Origin: a virus
Taxonomy: Duplodnaviria; Heunggongvirae; Uroviricota; Caudoviricetes
DNA: 61,375 nt
Strand: one strand, 5' to 3'
IMG/VR virus record: IMGVR_UViG_3300006145_000003
The notes under the pieces were generated by a model. It worked only from the letters and a program-made list of their open reading frames with translations, did not search any database and was not told where the DNA came from. The position numbers and the translations under genes are program-made. How positions within the stretch are numbered: position 1 is the stretch's first letter; the number at the start of each line of letters is the position of its first letter. Positions 8,620 to 16,934 of the stretch are shown one piece after another.

Positions 8620-8694
8620 ATACACTGCTTTAGCAGCTTGAAATCAAGCGGTTAAAGCAATGCATAAGCGTAGGGAAGACGCGCTCTTGCGAGT

Positions 8695-8739
8695 TTGGTA
8701 AGGATGAGGTCTCCAGTTCGAATCTGGATAGCAGCTCCA
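8695..8739 (+). mobile_element. attP core: 3' half of tRNA-Thr(GGT)
   Basis: TTGGTAA GGATG AGGTC TCCAG TTCGAAT CTGGA TAGCAGC T CCA = anticodon loop through CCA; 5' half absent; about 210 bp from the integrase 3' end. Confidence 0.85.
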
Positions 8740-8756
8740 GGAAAATTTTATAGGAG

Positions 8757-8792
8757 AAACGCTTGAATCCTTAGGGATTTAGGCGTTTTTTC
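8757..8792 (+). terminator. Terminator downstream of the attP tRNA fragment
   Basis: 14-bp stem aaacgcttgaatcc/ggatttaggcgttt (2 G-U pairs on +) followed by a T-run; would terminate the tRNA restored after integration. Confidence 0.75.
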
Positions 8793-8844
8793 TTTGCCTC
8801 CACGGCGCTTTTTACGCATAATTACTCGAACAAAGCATGGCCTC

Positions 8845-8960
8845 ATAGCTGAAAATATCGCTTTGGGCAATTTTTGAGCAATTTTTTCGAACTGAAATGC
8901 TCAAAATTCCCAGTGTTTTCTAGGGCTTCCAGGTTTTAACCCCGGCAAATTATTGGCAAA
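8845..8960. other. Probable integrase arm-type sites
   Basis: Short direct repeats GCAATTTTT x2 and GGCAAA x2 between the att core and the integrase stop. Confidence 0.35.
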
Positions 8961-10200
8961 CTTCTTCCTCAGATGTGTACGCGTTGGCGATAGCCGCAGC
9001 CGCATTGGACACATCCTCCCTGCCCTTCACATAGTACTTTAGGGTCATGGCCGATGTGGTATGCCCAGCGGCTTGCTGCGCCAGCTTAATGTCCTTGGTC
9101 TGATTGTAGAGGTCGGTAAGCACCGTTGTGCGAAAACGAATTGGGGTAACCTTCTCCTCGAATCCGGTCTCCCTCTGGATACGCTCGCACATTCTACGCA
9201 CAGAGGTATAGGACAATGGCTTCTCACCACCGATTACATACTCTTCTGGATTACCAGGGTCAAGGTACTTTAGAGCAATCCGTGACAGCCCTATAACGCG
9301 TGTACTGCTCTCTGTTTTCGGGGTCTTCACCTCTGGCTGGTTGCGCGTGGGGTGTGTAACAGCCCTTTTGACGTGTAGCGTAAGGTTTTCGATGTCTATG
9401 TCGGCCCACGTTAATCCTAACACTTCTTCGAGCCGGAGTGGATGAAGTGCCTGTAGGGATAGATATGTCCTATCCTGCGGTATCTTGATATCTTCAATGT
9501 GCTGGACTAGGAAACGCATTTGCTCTACGCTGTACGGTTCCGTGGATTTACTTGCCTTTCCAGATATCCTGACCCGGCTGGAACGCAGTGGGTTGCGGAA
9601 AAGCAGGTTGTCCTCTACAGCGGCCTCAAGGATTTGGTTTAGCACCATCTTAACCTTCTCCTTGGTAGCTTTTGCGGTTTCCATACCGTTGAACAAGCGC
9701 TGCACGTCATCTGACGTAACATCTTCTATTGCTATGCCATGAAAGGCGGGGATTAGATAGCGCTCCAGCTGGCGCTTGTATGTGGTTGCAGTAGAGGTTT
9801 CGATATTGGGTTTGCTGTATACCTCAAACCAGTTCGTAGCGTATTCTTTAAAGCTGTGCTTCTGTGGTTCTGTTGGTGCAGTTGGCTGAAAGAGCTGCAA
9901 TAGCTTTTCAGCGTACTCTTGCTCATTGTTAGCACTTACCCAGCGCTTTGCACCGTTGATAGTAAAGCATCGTTTGAATTTAGCCATTTCTGTTTCCTCC
10001 CGAAATGGCGCATCTTCCCTTCCTATGCTGTTTTCAAAGAGCGATAAGTTCTTCAGCCAAGTAGATGTTACCATATCACCGGCATCGTTGTAAATATCAC
10101 AGCGATAAAAAGGGCCAAGAATTTTTGCCGTTTGAGCTGGAATGTCCTCTGGTCGTTCAGATTGTGGCATAAAAAAGTTTTTTATTTCATTTTCTTTCAT
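8950..10200 (-). CDS. int: Tyrosine integrase
   Basis: LRLEEVLGL (R), PKT (K), PIRFRTT (second R), AGH, TLKYY (Y); N-terminal SAM-like TTYKRQLERYLIP; starts with RBS at 10200 and 9987. Confidence 0.9.
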   Translation of the reverse strand: MKENEIKNFFMPQSERPEDIPAQTAKILGPFYRCDIYNDAGDMVTSTWLKNLSLFENSIGREDAPFREETEMAKFKRCFTINGAKRWVSANNEQEYAEKLLQLFQPTAPTEPQKHSFKEYATNWFEVYSKPNIETSTATTYKRQLERYLIPAFHGIAIEDVTSDDVQRLFNGMETAKATKEKVKMVLNQILEAAVEDNLLFRNPLRSSRVRISGKASKSTEPYSVEQMRFLVQHIEDIKIPQDRTYLSLQALHPLRLEEVLGLTWADIDIENLTLHVKRAVTHPTRNQPEVKTPKTESSTRVIGLSRIALKYLDPGNPEEYVIGGEKPLSYTSVRRMCERIQRETGFEEKVTPIRFRTTVLTDLYNQTKDIKLAQQAAGHTTSAMTLKYYVKGREDVSNAAAAIANAYTSEEEVCQ

Positions 10201-10278
10201 TTGCTCTCCTCGTATGTATTTTGATTTAGAAAAAAATGAGAGCAAATCCGCATTGGATTCACTCTCATAAAAATTATC

Positions 10279-10662
10279 TTACCGTTTAGGCCATGTTACT
10301 GCTCTGCCAGGAGAATCCTCGGACGCATGGTCTGTCCTCAGCTCATACACCTTCTCAAGTCGTGCATCCATATCTCCATTCCACCCATGTGCCTTATAGT
10401 TATAGTACATCTCATCAAGGATACGCCTTTCGGCTGGTGTGGCGTACCCCTGTGTGAGCAGCCGCTCGATTTCCTCGGACATACGGGCATACGCCAATAG
10501 ACGGATGGTCTCAAGGCTGTTCTTGATTTCTTTCAGCATTTTTTCGGACTCCATGTTCTTGTTGTTCTCCTTGGCGTCTCTGCGGTCAAAATAGCGCTTG
10601 ATAAAGAACATAAGAATTCCACTTGCACCCAAGACTGACAAAAGTGATATGACAATTTCCAT
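10279..10662 (-). CDS. Holin-like / lysis-cassette membrane protein
   Basis: N-terminal TM helix; C-terminal MYYNYKAHGWNG pattern typical of phage lysis-cassette proteins. Confidence 0.6.
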   Translation of the reverse strand: MEIVISLLSVLGASGILMFFIKRYFDRRDAKENNKNMESEKMLKEIKNSLETIRLLAYARMSEEIERLLTQGYATPAERRILDEMYYNYKAHGWNGDMDARLEKVYELRTDHASEDSPGRAVTWPKR

Positions 10663-10664
10663 TA

Positions 10665-10991
10665 TTACGCACCCACTTTCTCCCCAGGCGCGTTAATCAC
10701 CTTGCTCATGCCGCAGAGATTATCAATCAGCTTACCAATTGCTTCCATGTCAATGTCATAATTGATGGTATCCGCAGATGCTTTAACCATCGCCATCACC
10801 CACTCTTTGCGGTCAGCGCCGGTCTCAAACATAGCCTCAGCACGCTCCATGTAGTTGGTGACCATCTCAATAACCTTCGGCCATTTCTTTTCCCTGACCG
10901 CTTTCTGCACGTATTTAATCAATTGAACGACCAGCGGTATGGCCGTTGCCAAACCGGCCAACACAGATACTACAAGCTGCAAAACATCCAT
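10665..10991 (-). CDS. Holin (LL-H-like)
   Basis: One N-terminal TM; AEAMFETGADRKEWVM; position after the endolysin. Confidence 0.7.
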   Translation of the reverse strand: MDVLQLVVSVLAGLATAIPLVVQLIKYVQKAVREKKWPKVIEMVTNYMERAEAMFETGADRKEWVMAMVKASADTINYDIDMEAIGKLIDNLCGMSKVINAPGEKVGA

Positions 10992-11010
10992 AAATTATTC
11001 CTCCGTTCAT

Positions 11011-11340
11011 TTAGATTGCTGGACTGTCCGTGCTACCAGCATCCAGATAATTACTTGCTCGGGCGCTCTCAAATGTAATACCGCCCTCCTTGTGGTCAGA
11101 CTTCGCCATATTCAAGTAGAATGAACAGACCACCCCGTGGGCCGACCAGGGCAAGCCCACCATAGCGGAAAGCCACGGTAAGCTGCCCGTGTAGCCTTTA
11201 TGAATACAATACGCTGCCAGTACGATACCACCCGTGGTAACGAGCCAAAGCAGCGCACGGATGTCTGAAATCATGCTTTTGGAGTAATCAGGCTTTCTCT
11301 TAGCCTTACGGCGAGTTATCTTTCTTGCATGAGCGGCCAT
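11011..11340 (-). CDS. Two-TM lysis-cassette protein
   Basis: Basic N-terminus, two TM segments, translationally coupled to the endolysin stop. Confidence 0.6.
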   Translation of the reverse strand: MAAHARKITRRKAKRKPDYSKSMISDIRALLWLVTTGGIVLAAYCIHKGYTGSLPWLSAMVGLPWSAHGVVCSFYLNMAKSDHKEGGITFESARASNYLDAGSTDSPAI

Positions 11341-12335
11341 TATGCTTTACCAATCCACTGAGCAAAACGATAAAGCACCATTACTAGCTGCTCTCGGGTC
11401 ATAAGGTCTTCCCACATACCGTTAAATTCCTTTGAACTTCCACCGGCAATGAGTCCATTATCGACCGACCATTTACGAGCTGCCTCGCTGTACTTACTTG
11501 CATCGTTATCGCGCCACTGCTGGCGCATCTCGTTGAAGAGCTTGTTAAACTGCTTGCCATCCATGATTTCTTCCTCCTTTGTTGCCGGGTCCTTAGCCGA
11601 CGCGATTTTGTTGATGTAGTCCAGGCACACCCAACCTTCGCCAGTGTAGCCCCAGTTTCCATCCTCTTTAGAAATAATTACCACAGTACCGTCAGGATAG
11701 GTCTTGAGGACATTGCCGCTTATAGGGCTTGTCCTACAGTTTAGGCCGTCATCCGCATTAACCTGGCCTTGGTATGCTTTGAACGGGCCAGCAGATTCTC
11801 CGCCAAGCTTTTGATTTACCTCTTTAGCCAGCTGCCCCAGACGGTTATAAATATAGTCGCCAGGACAAGATTTGTTATCAAACCAGCGGTGAGCAGTCAA
11901 AACCATTTCATCAGTTTTGGGATTGTAGGATAGGGTTTTATCCTTGCTGCCAAGCCAGAGGAGCTTCTTCTTACCGTTGCGCTGGCAGATATCAGCGCAC
12001 AGGTTTACAAGAGATTTCCATACATTTGCGTTGACGGCATAGGGATGGAATGTATCGCTGGCGCACTCGATGGTGACGGCCCGGTCATCATTATCCCAGT
12101 TGGACGTACACCAAGAATGGTCAATCTCGTCTACAATAGTTCCAATCCTTCCATCAACACCAATTCCATAGTTACAGCTGGCTTCTTTGCCGGAACTATA
12201 GAAGAATTCGCAAAGCCACTCGACGGAAGTTTGCCCCACAACACAGTGTGGGGTTATTCTAGTGACAGCATGGGACTTTCGTCCGCTTTGCATTGGGCTG
12301 ATTTTGCGCATACAGCTAAGAGAACTGTTGCTCAT
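11340..12335 (-). CDS. Endolysin: N-acetylmuramoyl-L-alanine amidase + SH3 + SLH-like tail
   Basis: ITPHCVVG, ASCNYGIG, AVTIEC, HRWF..KSCPG; LNCRTSP...GWVCLDY SH3; C-terminal MTREQLVMVLYRF. Confidence 0.9.
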   Translation of the reverse strand: MSNSSLSCMRKISPMQSGRKSHAVTRITPHCVVGQTSVEWLCEFFYSSGKEASCNYGIGVDGRIGTIVDEIDHSWCTSNWDNDDRAVTIECASDTFHPYAVNANVWKSLVNLCADICQRNGKKKLLWLGSKDKTLSYNPKTDEMVLTAHRWFDNKSCPGDYIYNRLGQLAKEVNQKLGGESAGPFKAYQGQVNADDGLNCRTSPISGNVLKTYPDGTVVIISKEDGNWGYTGEGWVCLDYINKIASAKDPATKEEEIMDGKQFNKLFNEMRQQWRDNDASKYSEAARKWSVDNGLIAGGSSKEFNGMWEDLMTREQLVMVLYRFAQWIGKA

Positions 12336-12355
12336 AAGTACCTACCTCCTTACTT

Positions 12356-12535
12356 TTAGGAAACAATGGGCATAGCGACTCCGTTCAGCACAACATAGAA
12401 GATATTGCGATTTTCGCGTTGTGTTGCAAAGCGCTCGTATGCCTCTGCAGTAATTTCCCGATTGTTGATAAAACTATGCTTTGATGTACGATTACTACCA
12501 TGAATAACCTGCATAAGTTTACCCATTTGTACCAT
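12356..12535 (-). CDS. 59-aa hypothetical protein (not in the ORF track)
   Basis: AAAGGGG RBS, ATG at 12535, TAA at 12356; MVQMGKLMQVIHGSNRTSK... Confidence 0.45.
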   Translation of the reverse strand: MVQMGKLMQVIHGSNRTSKHSFINNREITAEAYERFATQRENRNIFYVVLNGVAMPIVS

Positions 12536-12559
12536 CCCCTTTCTTTATTAAAGTTTTCA

Positions 12560-12588
12560 TTGACATGAATTGGCTCTGCGTGTATAAT
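12560..12588 (+). promoter_or_regulatory. Consensus sigma-A/sigma-70 promoter
   Basis: TTGACA (12560-65), 17 bp spacer, TATAAT (12583-88): perfect consensus. Confidence 0.85.
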
Positions 12589-12628
12589 GTGCTTATAGAA
12601 ATCTACCGTCTATATGGGAGGGTGGCTT

Positions 12629-12808
12629 ATGGATACACCCATTGCATTTAATTGCAAAAAATGTGGTGAACCTATTCAGTCGAATACAAACCGAGCCGAC
12701 GGGAAGGTCATTTGTCCAAAATGTGGCTACAAGAATGTACCGCCAGAACACTATACTCCTGCGGGTTCGGTTACCATATTGGTGAAGGATATCTATCACG
12801 GCGATTGA
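12629..12808 (+). CDS. Small Zn-ribbon protein
   Basis: CKKC...CPKC; GGAGG RBS before ATG at 12629; has its own promoter. Confidence 0.65.
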   Translation: MDTPIAFNCKKCGEPIQSNTNRADGKVICPKCGYKNVPPEHYTPAGSVTILVKDIYHGD

Positions 12809-13008
12809 GTCACCTTTGTTGGGTCTATGTCAATTTTACAAACAAATGGTATGCCAACGAATCTTTTAAACACTCCAATCTTTTGTATCTTGACGCTTAT
12901 CTGGTTTCCCTCCTGGTACCATTCTACAACAGCGCAAGTTTTTCGGAGTTGGATGCGGTTTATGAGTAATCGTATTGCCTTTCTCATGGTTTTTATCCCT
13001 CTTTCCAT
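12796..13008 (-). CDS. Hypothetical basic protein
   Basis: 70-aa ORF in the late-operon orientation, 13-bp convergent overlap with the Zn-ribbon gene. Confidence 0.4.
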   Translation of the reverse strand: MERGIKTMRKAIRLLINRIQLRKTCAVVEWYQEGNQISVKIQKIGVFKRFVGIPFVCKIDIDPTKVTQSP

Positions 13009-13081
13009 TCCGGTGAAATTGATTATGGGAGCCAGCTTAACCGCTGTGCTCCCATTTTTTATTCAATCATATTTTAATTGT

Positions 13082-13507
13082 TTACCAAAACGTATAATGT
13101 GGTTTCTCCTCATTGAAGAATCGATACCGTATGTAGTCATCCAGTACGATTGCCACACAGGACAACGGCACCCACAACAACGTATAAACTACTGAAATCT
13201 GTCCCATGAAATTCAGAGGTAGATTTGAATAGTCCCATACGCCTAGGCCAAGGTGCACATTGACTATCAAACCAGTAATGAGTTCTAATATTGTTACTAT
13301 CCCAGAGCCTATGAGAGCCTGCCATAGCAACCCCATATTCCATGGTAGAAGCTCGTTAATAAGCCCAAGCAATACAAAACATATACCGCCAAGTATCAGC
13401 ATAGAGATATGGCTATAGCCCCTCCAGAGCAGTTCTATGGCGTAGTATGTTACTCCGCCAACTCCAAACAGGAATAGCAGTTTGGCCGCAGTCTTAAGCC
13501 TAGTCAT
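13082..13507 (-). CDS. Multi-TM protein ('putative ABC-transporter permease'-like family common in phage late modules)
   Basis: GGVTYYAIELLWRGYSH; ELITG..VN..L...VWDYS..P.NF.GQI; start ATG at 13507 with GGAGG RBS. Confidence 0.7.
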   Translation of the reverse strand: MTRLKTAAKLLFLFGVGGVTYYAIELLWRGYSHISMLILGGICFVLLGLINELLPWNMGLLWQALIGSGIVTILELITGLIVNVHLGLGVWDYSNLPLNFMGQISVVYTLLWVPLSCVAIVLDDYIRYRFFNEEKPHYTFW

Positions 13508-14078
13508 TCTGCCCTCCCAGTTTGGCAATGATAGCATCCATCTGTGCCTGAGCTACTGCCAGCTTAGCGTTCATGGTGGTTTCGTATTTCTTGGGAAGTT
13601 TCATACCATATGTGACAGCAGAAATCTTATCTAGGTCGCTTAGGGACAATACGTACTCTTTTAGGGTATTATGATAGGTAGTCTGTGTAGTAATGAGAGT
13701 CTGTGCGGCAATATAAATCTGGGCGATTTCGGCAGCAGAGTAGACACGGCAAACACCCCCATCAGCTTGATATGGGAATTCTGTGCCACCGAGTTCAACT
13801 ACTCTGAACAGGTTGGCAATATTTGTTTGGTCTTCAATGTTCAGATTGAAGTGTACGGAACCCTCCGTCAGTTCCAGGTCAATCCCAGCCGTAATAACGG
13901 CATTACAGGTGGCAGATATTTCTGCTAACTTAGCTGCACGAATTACCTCCGTAGATTTGTCTTCTCCTACGATTTCTACGACATCCTCCATTGAAATCCA
14001 TCCGCGTTGTACGGCCTTGAGCAAACGTGGACTGTCAATTGAGGAGCCCGCATACATACTTTTTAGTTTTTCTTTCAT
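13500..14078 (-). CDS. Tail-fibre-associated protein (XkdX-like N-terminus, DUF4376-like C-terminus)
   Basis: AVQRGWIS motif; HFNLNIEDQTNI; YQADGGVCRVYS; TYHNTLKEY. Confidence 0.6.
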   Translation of the reverse strand: MKEKLKSMYAGSSIDSPRLLKAVQRGWISMEDVVEIVGEDKSTEVIRAAKLAEISATCNAVITAGIDLELTEGSVHFNLNIEDQTNIANLFRVVELGGTEFPYQADGGVCRVYSAAEIAQIYIAAQTLITTQTTYHNTLKEYVLSLSDLDKISAVTYGMKLPKKYETTMNAKLAVAQAQMDAIIAKLGGQND

Positions 14079-14081
14079 GCA

Positions 14082-14351
14082 TTAACCCTCCAATGCTGCC
14101 AGAATTAGTTCATCGACCAAATTACCCTGCTGGAAAGCCAGTGAACCAGCATCTATCGCAGATACGACGACGGTATCCGCTCCTTCGATTAGATTGTACC
14201 CAACTAGATTGTATGGTACACTTAGGTAGGCAACCCCAATAGCGTCTTCAGGGCCGCATGGGGTTAAGTCTCCACTGTCACCAATTCTTATGTAACGAAC
14301 AGAGTCGGTAATACCAAGCTCCGTTCCATCAATTTTGATAATCCGGTACAT
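14082..14351 (-). CDS. Hypothetical tail-associated protein
   Basis: 89-aa ORF, GGAGG RBS, tightly coupled to its neighbours. Confidence 0.6.
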   Translation of the reverse strand: MYRIIKIDGTELGITDSVRYIRIGDSGDLTPCGPEDAIGVAYLSVPYNLVGYNLIEGADTVVVSAIDAGSLAFQQGNLVDELILAALEG

Positions 14352-14752
14352 TAAATTACCTCCTTTACTCCAGCGACAAAAGCTATGTGCCGGAGTTCGT
14401 TGATATCGGCCTGAAAGAAATCATGATTCCAGAGCCAATAATCTTCATCTTCTGGGCGCTTGTATTTTTGGCAAAGAGGGTCGTCCCAGACTCGATTCCA
14501 ACGCTCCTGATATTGCGAATCACGCTTCTTAAGAGTATTTAAGATTGCTTGAGTCAATTTTCCTCGTGTCATTCCTTGACCATCGTTGTTTCGCGCAAAG
14601 AACTGGTGAGCATTTTCGCTAGTGGCAAAACAAACAGGTTTGCCTTTATAAAAGATGACATCGCCAATCTTTTCACATTTAGACATAGCTGGAATATTCA
14701 CTTTTCCACAAATTGCTTCGTCCTTGAATCTCCGGTGCGTTATGTATTTCAT
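14351..14752 (-). CDS. Uncharacterised protein directly downstream of and overlapping the DGR RT
   Basis: AAGGAG RBS; 74-nt overlap with the RT 3' end; WLWNHDFF motif. Confidence 0.7.
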   Translation of the reverse strand: MKYITHRRFKDEAICGKVNIPAMSKCEKIGDVIFYKGKPVCFATSENAHQFFARNNDGQGMTRGKLTQAILNTLKKRDSQYQERWNRVWDDPLCQKYKRPEDEDYWLWNHDFFQADINELRHIAFVAGVKEVI

Positions 14753-15902
14753 TCGTTACTCCTTGTCTTCTAAAGTTTTCAATGTGTTCTGGTGAAAAAC
14801 CATAAATTGAATAGAAAAGCCTACGCAGTCGCAACACTCTGTTATGGTCGTCGTAAGCTCCAAAGTAAGCTAGGATACCATTCACAGAAGTCCACAGGTC
14901 TTCGTAGGTCATCTCTCCATGTTCAATTTTGTTTTTAAAGGCTTTGATTTTTCTTCGAGCTCTTTTTACTCCATCTCGATTGCCGTTAACAATTACGCGT
15001 CCAGTATCAGTAAGACTGTATTTTGCCTTGCAATACCTGAATGGTTTTACTAAGGGAACAATCCTGGACTTTGACTTGCTGATTGTTAGCTTGAGACTTT
15101 CAGCTTTGGCAATGATAAGCCGCATGATTTCTTTCGGGTCACGGTCTGGCGGAACAATGATGTAGTAATCATCCATATAATGCCCTGCGCACTTCATAGA
15201 TAACTGGCATTTGATATAGTTGTCCAGCGCAGATGGGAATGCAATCATCTCGGCCTGGCTCGGTTCGACGCCTAGCGGTAATCCGTAGCCGCCAGGAACG
15301 GTTTTAACTACGCTGTCTCCAACTGCTCTAACTTCAGAATTTAGAATGAGGCTTCGGTGTCGCTTGAATACTTCTTCGTGTGAAACAGATGGAAAGAACT
15401 GTTTAAAGTCCAATAGAATAATATAACCCTCTCGACCATATCTCCTATAATGCCACCTTAGTTCCCTCTTGAGTTCGCGCTTGGAAAATTCAAATCCTTT
15501 TCCTGGTAGACTTGCTCCATTGTTGTATATCATTTGTGGTAAGTATATGGGAAGCAGCGCATTTTGGGTGTATGCTTTATGTATTTGTCTATCTTGAATT
15601 CGTGGTGCATCAATCGGCCTTGTCTTACCTCTTTCAGAGATGACAAAGTGTACATAGGCGCACGGCTTCCATTTGTGGGCAAGCAGTAACTTTCGCCTTC
15701 TGGCAGTCCCAGAAAACAGATGCATTTCAAATCTCTGCGTGCTGTTCTTCCACCGTACACCTTTGCAACATTGCTTACCGGCTTGATACATATCATCGTA
15801 CCCAAATACTTCATGCAAACCGCCAATAGCACGGTTCCGTTTCATAAGATTGACCTTTCTCTTTGCTTGTCTCCGCAAATATCGGCCTTTCCTTCTACTC
15901 AT
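14679..15902 (-). CDS. DGR reverse transcriptase
   Basis: RPIDAPRIQDR, NNGASLPGKG, LDFKQFFPS, GLPLGVEPSQ (DGR-type GxxxSQ), HYMDD catalytic motif; adjacent TR. Confidence 0.95.
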   Translation of the reverse strand: MSRRKGRYLRRQAKRKVNLMKRNRAIGGLHEVFGYDDMYQAGKQCCKGVRWKNSTQRFEMHLFSGTARRRKLLLAHKWKPCAYVHFVISERGKTRPIDAPRIQDRQIHKAYTQNALLPIYLPQMIYNNGASLPGKGFEFSKRELKRELRWHYRRYGREGYIILLDFKQFFPSVSHEEVFKRHRSLILNSEVRAVGDSVVKTVPGGYGLPLGVEPSQAEMIAFPSALDNYIKCQLSMKCAGHYMDDYYIIVPPDRDPKEIMRLIIAKAESLKLTISKSKSRIVPLVKPFRYCKAKYSLTDTGRVIVNGNRDGVKRARRKIKAFKNKIEHGEMTYEDLWTSVNGILAYFGAYDDHNRVLRLRRLFYSIYGFSPEHIENFRRQGVTNEIHNAPEIQGRSNLWKSEYSSYV

Positions 15903-16152
15903 AAATAATTCGCCCTCCGTACAGATTTATTGTAGGGTATCGTTCAATCTGCTTTGCTCCTACACATGAAACGGGGTAAGATACATTGCCCGCCATGCAC
16001 GCTCGTATTAAACGGCGGCGTTCGTGTCAAAGCATCACAGGGCAGTTTTGGACAAAGACTCTTTGTCGCGGGAAGTATTTCTCCTTTCAAATAGGGTCGT
16101 GTTTCACCCTGCATCGGGTTACTGTGATTGACCCAAAGTCATCTCTGACTTC
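15903..16152 (-). ncRNA. DGR spacer (Sp), 3' part of the TR-containing RNA
   Basis: 250-nt non-coding stretch between TR and RT with several stem-loops (agtca-GAGA-tgact right after TR; gacaaag/ctttgtc; agggt/accct). Confidence 0.6.
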
Positions 16153-16284
16153 TTTTGAAATCCGGGGCCACGCCATTGGAATTCCTGGCGTTGTTGTTGT
16201 TCGCGTTGCCGTTCGTGTTCACATTGCAGAAGTTGTTGCTGTTGTTGTAATTAGGAGACCGCTCCCACCAATAGGCCGCAGAAC
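16153..16284 (-). repeat. DGR template repeat (TR), 132 bp
   Basis: Gap-free alignment to 17021-17152 (offset 868); AAC/AAT-rich; reads AYWWERSPNYNNSNNFCNVNTNGNANNNNARNSNGVAPDFK. Confidence 0.97.
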
Positions 16285-16349
16285 ACCAAGGGGAAAACCA
16301 AAACACCCAACCGACAGGTTTTACAGAAATACACCCATAAAATTGTTAA

Positions 16350-16805
16350 CTATCTTGATTTATCACTCTTTAGGACGCTAGTAAGCATCCCATTTTCAGC
16401 ATCAATCAGTTCGCCAAGCTCTTGCGCCATGTGCTCCAGCTTTTTCTTAGCCTCAGCGGGCCTTAGAGTTGCACCACTGCTGTTAGTAAAACAACCTGCC
16501 GGGTTGGTCATCATAAGCTCATAGCAGTGTGCAAGATGGACATCGAGCGCCATCAAGGAGGCGCGAGCTTCAAGTAGGTGTCGCTTGCGCAGTTCCTTTC
16601 TGGTCGCATCGGACGGATAGATACTGTTTGCTTTCTCGGTATGGTCAAGCACTTCTGAGGCTAATGTAGAAACCGAAGACGAAATTAGCCTAGAATATCT
16701 TGACGACAAACGCGAGAGGAAGTTAATGGTCTGAATGTATATTTTGTTTGCAGCATTTACAAACTCGGCTTTACTTTCAGACCGGTGTGCCTTTAGAACC
16801 GACAT
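16350..16805 (-). CDS. avd: DGR accessory variability determinant (Avd-like four-helix protein)
   Basis: 151 aa, basic and helical, EKANSIYP...RKRHLLEARASL; sits between target and TR; AAGGAG RBS before ATG at 16805. Confidence 0.85.
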   Translation of the reverse strand: MSVLKAHRSESKAEFVNAANKIYIQTINFLSRLSSRYSRLISSSVSTLASEVLDHTEKANSIYPSDATRKELRKRHLLEARASLMALDVHLAHCYELMMTNPAGCFTNSSGATLRPAEAKKKLEHMAQELGELIDAENGMLTSVLKSDKSR

Positions 16806-16833
16806 AGACTCTCCTTTCATTTTTTCTTTTGGA

Positions 16834-16860
16834 CACCTCTAACCGCAAAGGGGGGTCACC
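16834..16860 (-). promoter_or_regulatory. Repeated oriented motif, copy 1 (GGTGACCCCCCTTTGCGGTTAGAGGTG)
   Basis: 26/27 identical to 61327-61353; ends 28 nt before the avd ATG. Confidence 0.7.
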
Positions 16861-16934
16861 ACGCAAATCTTCAATTTGAATATAAGGTTTACATGATAGG
16901 GGGATAGGGGGGAAATTTAAGGTCCCATCCTTAT

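Noticed and set aside
8621-8739. Complete tRNA-Thr gene
   Set aside because: No 5' acceptor strand, D-arm or CATCC anticodon strand upstream of 8695; only the 3' half is present, as expected for attP
14679-15902. Group II intron, retron or Abi RT
   Set aside because: GxxxSQ motif, small size with no maturase/endonuclease domain, and adjacent TR/VR and Avd identify a DGR RT
16190-16250. CRISPR or microsatellite-like GTT repeats
   Set aside because: These are the AAC codons of TR; no repeat-spacer structure or cas genes anywhere in the window
15986-16381. 131-aa + strand ORF over TR
   Set aside because: Antisense shadow of the AAC-rich TR and spacer (VVV-rich); no RBS
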